Shown piece by piece: positions 57,854 to 64,000 of a stretch of 64,000 nucleotides of DNA (within the stretch, counting starts at the first letter, position 1; each line of letters opens with the position of its first letter). The notes beneath the pieces were generated by a model. That model saw nothing but the letters and a program-made list of their open reading frames with translations. It ran no database searches and was not told the origin of the DNA. Source of the DNA: a virus (lineage: Duplodnaviria; Caudoviricetes); IMG/VR virus record IMGVR_UViG_3300020050_007362, positions 1 to 64,000 of that record. One strand, written 5' to 3'. The translations under genes were made by a program, and so were the position numbers.

Positions 57854-58007
57854 TTAGCTATGAGGGATTAGCTATGAGGGATTAGCTATGAGGGATTAGC
57901 TATGAGGGATTAGCTATGAGGGATTAGCTATCGGCTAAAAGATATGAGGGATTAGCTATGAGGGATTAGCTATCGGCTAAAAGCTATGAGGGATTAGCTA
58001 TCGGCTA
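57854..58007. repeat. Tandem array of 11 x 14-bp units (TTAGCTATGAGGGA and variants)
   Basis: Counted directly; variant units TTAGCTATCGGCTA and AAAG(A/C)TATGAGGGA. Confidence 0.95.
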
Positions 58008-58396
58008 ATAGAGAATTTTTTTTATAAAATTTTTTTCTAAATTTTTGACGAAGCTGTATATATGCGAGGCATGGGGTGGTTACTATTTGCCGTCACCCGA
58101 AAGAGGGGTATACCCCCTTGGGAATGGTAACTTGTTTTTAAAAAATCAAAAATGGCGTGGCGTAGCCACTCCTTACAGCTCTTGACCTTATCAAAATAAA
58201 ACCGAGCGAAGCGAGAACCTACAGGAGCGCAGCGATCTAGCATTTTTTGCACCCCTACAGAGCAACGACAACAAGCCGCCGAAGCCCTGCAAATAGGCGT
58301 TAAATAAACATTTATATTATTAACACCCTTATTTTATACCAGTTTGGACGATATAACGCCCAGAAAACGTTAAAAAACTAGGTAAACAAAGCAACG

Positions 58397-58699
58397 TTAA
58401 ACAACCCCTGCATAGTATCCACGCCGCCGGTGGTTTCTTATGTTATTAAATGGCACCGCGACCAGAGCGCCGCCGGTATACGCCATCATGAAAACCGAAA
58501 GCGCCGCCGGTGAAGCGACGAAAGACCAAGCCGCCGACCAAACACCCGCCGCCGTTTTTGTCTCAATCCTGCACGCCGCAAAACCGGCGTTATCTATTCG
58601 ACGAGCCACGCGCAACAAATCCGCCTCAGTGGAAGCCGTCACAATGTATGTTTTTTGCCTCCAAAAATGCTCACTACGCCACGAAATAGAATTAGCCAT
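58397..58699 (-). CDS. Possible hypothetical protein (100 aa) in the switch region
   Basis: Protein-like composition but a weak RBS; the overlapping + strand ORF looks like a shadow. Confidence 0.3.
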   Translation of the reverse strand: MANSISWRSEHFWRQKTYIVTASTEADLLRVARRIDNAGFAACRIETKTAAGVWSAAWSFVASPAALSVFMMAYTGGALVAVPFNNIRNHRRRGYYAGVV

Positions 58700-58930
58700 G
58701 CAAAGACATTACCATAAAAAAATCAGCTCACCCGCGAGAATTGCCAAAATATCTGCAAGGACACATTATAATATAACATATCAGCTTTTAGCCAATAGCC
58801 ACCAGAGCCCACCAAACCGGAACAGGTATAAATTAAGCAAAGCCCTATAAACAAAAGACTTAAGCAACCCGCCCACCGTAACAAATAACTAAAAAATAGA
58901 TACTATTTAAAAAGAAAATCTAATTTTTAG

Positions 58931-58966
58931 ATGTTATAATATAACATTGTTGTTATATTATAACAT
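58931..58966. promoter_or_regulatory. Double palindrome (operator-like)
   Basis: Perfect 16-bp inverted repeat with a 4-nt spacer; each arm is itself TGTTATA-W-TATAACA. Confidence 0.6.
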
Positions 58967-59064
58967 ATCAAAAAACCACCAGCGACCAGACCAAACCCAA
59001 ACCGCCGAACATCTAAAAGATACAAGCCCACCGCCGCCGCTGTCAAATGCTACAGAAGCCAAAC

Positions 59065-59170
59065 CGATCCCGAAGCGATCCCGAAGCGATCCCGAAACAA
59101 TCCCGAAGCGATCCCGAAGCGATCCCGAAGCGATCCCGAAACAATCCCGAAGCGATCCCGAAGCGATCCC
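59065..59170. repeat. Tandem array of about 9.6 x 11-bp units (CGATCCCGAAG) with a 44-bp higher-order period
   Basis: Counted directly; variants CGATCCCGAAA and CAATCCCGAAG recur every 4 units. Confidence 0.95.
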
Positions 59171-59507
59171 ACCGCCCCTGATCCCTTAGCATTAACCATG
59201 CCAAAAAACAGCTCAAAAACACCCTAAAAACACCCTAAAAACACCGCAACGAGTGCCGGCCAAAACGTAAAAAACTAATTTATTTTGATTTGGTAAGAGC
59301 GCCGAGAAGCGCCGAGTTATAACCTAACCTATTGATTTATATAGCTTTTCTTACATAAAGGCATAAATAACAAATAAACGTTAAAAAAACTATATACACC
59401 CTTTATTAATTGACGTTATAATTTAACCAGTATTTTAATTTAATGTTTTAGTTTTACCCCGCCCCGCCTAACCGGCGACGGCATCACCCAACCGAAGAGG
59501 AACGACC

Positions 59508-60311
59508 ATGGCCACAACCGAAACAATGAACCCAAGCAATACAAGCAAGCTTGACGGCTCAGAGCTTGCCGAATATTTAGCCGCAAGATTCCCAACACCA
59601 ACACCAGCAACCCAACCAACCACCACCGAAAAGGCCGCAACCATGAACGCACCAGCAACCGTTAAAACTTTGACTATTGAACAATTAATAAACAGAGCCG
59701 GACACATTCCCGCCGAGCTGATCCGCTCAACCGTAGCCCAGTTTGGCGACTGGCTTTACTTTCAAGAAAGCGCCGCGAACATCAGCGACCACGGCGCCGC
59801 CGGTGGTTTTACTGGCTTTTCTTATTATCATGACACCCTTGCATTTTTTGACGCTAACAGAGCATCAATTTTAAAAATGGCCGCAGAAATGGCCACCGAT
59901 TGCGGGTACAAATCAAGCTTTGAAATGATGGCCGCTTTTAATTGTTTTGCCGGCCTGACTGATCAAGAAATATTTAACGCCCTGATTGATCCGGAAGCGG
60001 AAGAAAGCACCACCGTTAAAAACGGCCTCGCATGGTTTGCACTCGAAGAAGTAGCACGCGCCGTTTACGACTACCAAAACGACGACGAAGCAGAGGAAGA
60101 CGACGCCGGCGAATGGGAACCAGAAGAAGAACAAGAAAGCCCAATCAACCAATTATGTGAAAGCTGGCTAAACGGTAATATTGCATGGTGTATAGAAGAA
60201 GTAAAAACACATGGTTATACTGTTCAAGCTATACGCGAAGTTTTAATGGAAGAAAAAGGCGCCGACTTTGAAGCCGCCACCAGAGCCGCCGAACGTATGA
60301 AAGGCTATTAA
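59508..60311 (+). CDS. First early protein; acidic, candidate DNA mimic/anti-restriction protein
   Basis: GAGG RBS; HGAAGGFTGFSYYHDTLAFF...KNGLAWFALEEVAR core followed by DDEAEEDDAGEWEPEEEQE. Confidence 0.6.
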   Translation: MATTETMNPSNTSKLDGSELAEYLAARFPTPTPATQPTTTEKAATMNAPATVKTLTIEQLINRAGHIPAELIRSTVAQFGDWLYFQESAANISDHGAAGGFTGFSYYHDTLAFFDANRASILKMAAEMATDCGYKSSFEMMAAFNCFAGLTDQEIFNALIDPEAEESTTVKNGLAWFALEEVARAVYDYQNDDEAEEDDAGEWEPEEEQESPINQLCESWLNGNIAWCIEEVKTHGYTVQAIREVLMEEKGADFEAATRAAERMKGY

Positions 60312-60383
60312 ACCAGAACCAGAACCAGCAACCACGGCCAAGGACGGCCACAACCTAAACCAACCAACCGCAGAGGCTACACA

Positions 60384-61010
60384 ATGAACAAATTAAACGC
60401 CCTATTTATGGAAGCGCAAGAAATAGCACACGAAGCGCAAGCCAGAAAAACCTTAAACGAACGCGCAACACCCAGCGCCGCCGACGTATTAAAAAATTCT
60501 ATTGATGCAATGTTAAAAGACCGCACAGAGCGCGAAAAGTTAGCAATGGAAAAAGCGCAAGCATTCACCGCCGCCCAATCATTAGACGATTTGAGATTGC
60601 AATTTTTAGCCGAAACCTACAACGACTTAATGTCTTTAACTATGGCCGAACTTTTAGAGATTGAACCACCAGCCGCACCACCAGCGCCGCCCGTTATTGA
60701 AACATGGAACACAGGCAACCTATACAGCGAACACGGCCAACGCATAGCGGCGACAAGATTAACCGGCGGAAAATATGCCTTTTTAGATTTAGATAGAGGC
60801 CTCAGCGGGATTTTAACAGAAAACAACAAACCGGAAAGCCTAAGCGCCGCGCATTATGTAGGCGAACAGTACAGAGCCGGAAACTATACAGACGGTTTAT
60901 TTATTTATAATCGCCCTTACGCCGAGGGGAGAGAACTTGAAGAACTGTTAAAAGCCGCCGCCATGACTGCAACAAGTTTAAAAACCGAGTTGAGAGGCCG
61001 AAAAAAATGA
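60384..61010 (+). CDS. Early hypothetical protein (208 aa)
   Basis: GAGG RBS; preceded by hairpin copy 1. Confidence 0.75.
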   Translation: MNKLNALFMEAQEIAHEAQARKTLNERATPSAADVLKNSIDAMLKDRTEREKLAMEKAQAFTAAQSLDDLRLQFLAETYNDLMSLTMAELLEIEPPAAPPAPPVIETWNTGNLYSEHGQRIAATRLTGGKYAFLDLDRGLSGILTENNKPESLSAAHYVGEQYRAGNYTDGLFIYNRPYAEGRELEELLKAAAMTATSLKTELRGRKK

Positions 61011-61177
61011 AAGGAAAAAGCTTTATTTTATCCGGTATCACTGGCTATATTGATCAATATGATTTTATAACATGGCATACTATAGGCGCACACCTTAAAA
61101 GTTTAGCAGATTGCCCCCTAAAAAGAGCCGCCACGACCGCAAAAGAAAAAAGATACACCGAACACCGCCCCAAGTAA
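61007..61177 (+). CDS. Early small protein (56 aa), absent from the ORF track
   Basis: ATGA overlap with the upstream stop; MKGKSFILSGITGYIDQYDFITWHTIGAHL... Confidence 0.55.
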   Translation: MKGKSFILSGITGYIDQYDFITWHTIGAHLKSLADCPLKRAATTAKEKRYTEHRPK

Positions 61178-61270
61178 TAAACGCGCCAAGGACGGCGCAC
61201 AGTTTACCCTTTAGCATTCTATCCAGTGCTAAACGTTAAACTTTAACCAACCAACCGAAAAGGCTACAAC

Positions 61271-61483
61271 ATGAAAAACGCAATTATTAACATCGCCGCC
61301 GCCCTTGCTTTTTTTAGCGCTGGGTATTTTATCGCCGCCAATATGCCAACCCCTAAAGACGTCGTGAAGCTTGAGCACACTAAGAGCGGCCTTTTTATTT
61401 TGGATCAGGGCAGAATTTACACCGTTTCCGAATTGGTCACAACGGCGGATACTTATCAAAAAGTAGAACGCTTACACCCATAA
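61271..61483 (+). CDS. Early small protein with an N-terminal hydrophobic helix
   Basis: MKNAIINIAAALAFFSAGYFIAA signal/anchor-like start. Confidence 0.7.
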   Translation: MKNAIINIAAALAFFSAGYFIAANMPTPKDVVKLEHTKSGLFILDQGRIYTVSELVTTADTYQKVERLHP

Positions 61484-61532
61484 ACGCAACCACCGGCCAA
61501 GGACGGCCACAACCTAAACCAGAGGGCAGACC

Positions 61533-61769
61533 ATGACACCAGCAACCGCACCAGCAACCGCAAAGCCTACAACCAAAGCGCCACGCATTAATAAATTTTT
61601 GTATCTTTACGTTTTACAAGGTTTTTACGGCCAAGGCTGGGAAGACCTAACCGCCAGCGAAAACCGCGCCGAAGTACGCGACAATTTGAAAGATTACCGC
61701 GACAACGAACGCGGAGCCTACAGGATTATAAAAAGAACGGAAGCAAACCCCGAACACATAACCAACTAA
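61533..61769 (+). CDS. Early small protein (78 aa)
   Basis: GAGGGCAGACC leader; YVLQGFYGQGWEDLT...YRIIKR motif. Confidence 0.75.
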   Translation: MTPATAPATAKPTTKAPRINKFLYLYVLQGFYGQGWEDLTASENRAEVRDNLKDYRDNERGAYRIIKRTEANPEHITN

Positions 61770-61784
61770 ACCAAAGGGCAGACC

Positions 61785-61982
61785 ATGAAAATTAAACTAA
61801 CCAACCAGCGCACCGGACGCGCTCAAATTTACCACGTAAGTTATTTATTAAAAATATGTTTATTGATGGCCGGAGGCGGACACGAACCCGCCCAAGTTAG
61901 AAGAGCAGAAAACTTTAAAAAAGAAGTATTAAGAGATAATTTTTTAATGGTGCGAAATTGCACAATAGAAGTATTAATTTAA
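61785..61982 (+). CDS. Early small protein (65 aa)
   Basis: AAGGGCAGACC leader. Confidence 0.7.
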   Translation: MKIKLTNQRTGRAQIYHVSYLLKICLLMAGGGHEPAQVRRAENFKKEVLRDNFLMVRNCTIEVLI

Positions 61983-62011
61983 ACCAAACCATAAACCGAA
62001 GAGGGCAGACC

Positions 62012-62758
62012 ATGAAAGCACAACTAAACACACCAGCAAGCCGCCGCCTGAAAGCCTACAAAGCCAGCGCCGCAAAGTTAACAGAGAGCTATAAAAAGAA
62101 CCATAACAGCGATTATGTGACAACTTGGCAAAAACAACGCTATCCAAAACCGGACGTATTAAGCCGGCCATACTTGACGCGCTCAACCGATAAACAAAAA
62201 TATTTTATCGATTCCCTAGACAGTTTCCCCTGTAAAAAATGGATTGACGCCGAGAAAACCGGCGCCCGCAATATATCATCATGGTATGCGGACAATTACC
62301 AAAACGAGCTTATTACGCCCGCCGTGGTTTTTATTCGCAACCCCAAAGCATTAAACGACGACGACCGCGACAACGCCGGCGTACACATTCAATTTATGCC
62401 GGCAATCTATTGGAGCGACTGCGACAGCGCGACAGTTTACGCCGATTTATACGATTGTATGAACCAAGCCGCACACGCCGCCAACCGTTACGCCGAACGC
62501 ATAGCCGAAGAGGGCAGAGAAGAGGACGCAAAGTATAGAGCAGAGGAAGACATCAGGACGCACCGCGAAATGATCCACGAACTAAACCGCGAAGCCTTGC
62601 CCCTGATAGCAGAGTTAAAAGCACATCCAGAGGGCTACGCGGAACCAATATGCAAAGCGATAAAAAACACCCTCAACGACATAATGTACCAACGTAAAAA
62701 AGCTTTTCAAAATATCGAAAAGTTAGAAGATAATTATTGGAACGCTATCAGCTACTAA
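62012..62758 (+). CDS. Early hypothetical protein
   Basis: Start reassigned to MKAQLN at 62012 (GAAGAGGGCAGACC leader). Confidence 0.75.
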   Translation: MKAQLNTPASRRLKAYKASAAKLTESYKKNHNSDYVTTWQKQRYPKPDVLSRPYLTRSTDKQKYFIDSLDSFPCKKWIDAEKTGARNISSWYADNYQNELITPAVVFIRNPKALNDDDRDNAGVHIQFMPAIYWSDCDSATVYADLYDCMNQAAHAANRYAERIAEEGREEDAKYRAEEDIRTHREMIHELNREALPLIAELKAHPEGYAEPICKAIKNTLNDIMYQRKKAFQNIEKLEDNYWNAISY

Positions 62759-62811
62759 AGCCTACAACCACGGCCACGGACGGCCACAACTCAAACCGAA
62801 GAGGAAAAACC

Positions 62812-63027
62812 ATGTTAAACGGATGCTATTATTTAAACAACACCGGAAGCCGCTGGGTAGTCTATACCAACGGCAAAAAAGAAAAAGTAACACTAGAAAC
62901 AAAGAGCGGCGAACTGATCACCAGAACCGCAATATTTTATGAAAGCTTTGGCAATTTTGGCCTAGTCTGCATCAGCTACAAGGGCAAGAAAATAAAAGTA
63001 TTCCCTGATTCATTACTTGACGATTAA
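62812..63027 (+). CDS. Early small protein
   Basis: Start reassigned to MLNGCYY at 62812 (GAAGAGGAAAAACC leader). Confidence 0.7.
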   Translation: MLNGCYYLNNTGSRWVVYTNGKKEKVTLETKSGELITRTAIFYESFGNFGLVCISYKGKKIKVFPDSLLDD

Positions 63028-63036
63028 GGCGGAACC

Positions 63037-63333
63037 ATGAACGCACCAGAACCAGCAGAACCAACAACCCTTAAAATCTTAAGCATTGACGCATGGGCAG
63101 ATACAGAGCCAAAAAGCTGGAACTGGAACCAATGGTACAACGCCGGCGAGATATCAGAAGAGGCATTGACATGGACACCAAGAAAATTATTAAAATACTT
63201 TAGGGGTGCTGGATTGTTAAGCGCCACAAGCGCCGGAAAATGCGCAATAGAAGACGACCAGTATAATATTGTGATTGTTGACAAAGCAAACCGCCGCCCC
63301 CTGTATGCTATCGAATACGGTAGCCATTACTAA
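63037..63333 (+). CDS. Early small protein (98 aa)
   Basis: Trp-rich LSIDAWAD...WNWNQWY...PLYAIEY. Confidence 0.7.
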   Translation: MNAPEPAEPTTLKILSIDAWADTEPKSWNWNQWYNAGEISEEALTWTPRKLLKYFRGAGLLSATSAGKCAIEDDQYNIVIVDKANRRPLYAIEYGSHY

Positions 63334-63353
63334 ACCACAACCAAGAGAAAATT

Positions 63354-63509
63354 ATGTTTACAGATTATTATAAAGGCTGTTACATCCACGGATATTTTAA
63401 CCATCCAGCCGTAAGAGTATCTTTTTGCCATGGTTACGGAACTACACCCTACAAGACCATGAAAGCCGCTAAACGCGCAATATCGATATTCGTTAAGAAC
63501 GGCGGATAA
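63354..63509 (+). CDS. Early small protein (51 aa), absent from the ORF track
   Basis: MFTDYYKGCYIHGYFNHPAVRVSFCHGYGTTPYKTMKAAKRAISIFVKNGG. Confidence 0.6.
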   Translation: MFTDYYKGCYIHGYFNHPAVRVSFCHGYGTTPYKTMKAAKRAISIFVKNGG

Positions 63510-63561
63510 ACCCACAATCCTAGCGCCAAGGACGGCCACAACTTAAAACCGGAGTAATACC

Positions 63562-63723
63562 ATGGAAAAATACCTTATAGCGTTGCCAGTATTTAAAGGC
63601 GGGACAGGCTATAACCATCAAACAATATTGGTCAGCGCTACCAATAAAAGCGATGCTATAGCTATAGCAAGGCATTTAAAACCTGATTGTAATATAGGTG
63701 ATGTCAAACAAGTAAACTATTAG
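63562..63723 (+). CDS. Early small protein (53 aa), absent from the ORF track
   Basis: GGAG RBS; MEKYLIALPVFKGGTGYNHQTILVSATNKSDAIAIARHLKPDCNIGDVKQVNY. Confidence 0.65.
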   Translation: MEKYLIALPVFKGGTGYNHQTILVSATNKSDAIAIARHLKPDCNIGDVKQVNY

Positions 63724-63841
63724 AATAAGCCCACAACCCTAGCGCCAAGGACGGCGCAAGCTTATCAGTTAGCATTTTACCAAGTGCTAACCGCTAAACT
63801 TAATTAACCAGAACCCAATCATAAACCGAAGAGGACAGACC

Positions 63842-64000
63842 ATGACAACACCAGAGCGCCCTTATTTTTGTTACTACGTTAAAAATAACGTTTTGTATTT
63901 TAGGCACGAAGACGGACGGAACGGAGGCGAACCCCTGAACCTGAAGCAAGAAACAAAAGAGCAAGCAGTACAACGCTTGACGGCTCAACTGGGATTAATT
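63842..64000 (+). CDS. Early small protein, partial
   Basis: GAAGAGGACAGACC leader; open to the window end. Confidence 0.6.
   Translation, partial: MTTPERPYFCYYVKNNVLYFRHEDGRNGGEPLNLKQETKEQAVQRLTAQLGLI

Larger units (their letters stand above)
60336..63757 (+). promoter_or_regulatory. Six intergenic ANGGAN-hexaloop hairpins (CsrA/RsmA-site-like)
   Basis: 60336-60349, 61183-61198, 61495-61508, 62772-62785, 63525-63536, 63742-63757; core GCC-A(A/C)GGAC-GGC. Confidence 0.7.

Noticed and set aside
57854-59170. CRISPR array
   Set aside because: The repeats are contiguous tandem units with no unique spacers, and there are no cas genes.
58947-59189. 80-aa ORF with PKRSRSDPEAI repeats
   Set aside because: Translation of the 11-bp array (period not a multiple of 3); no RBS.
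61210-61242. TTAGCA...TAAACT as a sigma70 promoter
   Set aside because: The spacer is 20 nt, too long; retained only as an inverted-repeat element.
1-64000. Genome-wide stop-codon reassignment, tRNAs, integrase, inteins
   Set aside because: Genes terminate normally at TAA, TAG and TGA with tight packing; no cloverleaf, recombinase or intein motifs recognised by eye.

Overview
The window is a 64-kb slice of a large, AT-rich tailed-phage genome. It is probably podovirus-like: no sheath, tube or tape-measure gene was recognised, and the major capsid protein resembles the N4-gp56 family. Positions 1-57.2 kb hold an almost entirely minus-strand late/virion module. In transcription order it runs: TerS, GH24 endolysin, signal-peptide HNH, TerL, portal, Rha, scaffold, capsid, head-tail adaptor, many tail/fibre genes, ejection-type proteins, a 3539-aa polyvalent protein (InPase-like, two zincin motifs, ART-PolyVal-like, PLxRFG/LPD39-like), an uncharacterised 4-gene operon and a large receptor-binding fibre cluster. 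A ~2.3-kb non-coding switch region (57.2-59.5 kb) contains a 14-bp array, an 11-bp GATC array, inverted repeats and palindromes, and probably marks the genome end or origin. From 59.5 kb a plus-strand, A/C-rich array of small early genes begins. Six of its intergenic spacers carry a conserved stem-loop with compensatory stem changes and an ANGGAN hexaloop matching the CsrA/RsmA binding core; this is the most intriguing signal. Also found by reading the sequence: in-frame DNA repeats delimiting modules inside the giant protein, two genes broken by single-base indels, a portal with fused C-terminal modules, shared C-terminal peptide tags and two structured leaders. Family assignments come from motif recognition only; no searches were run.
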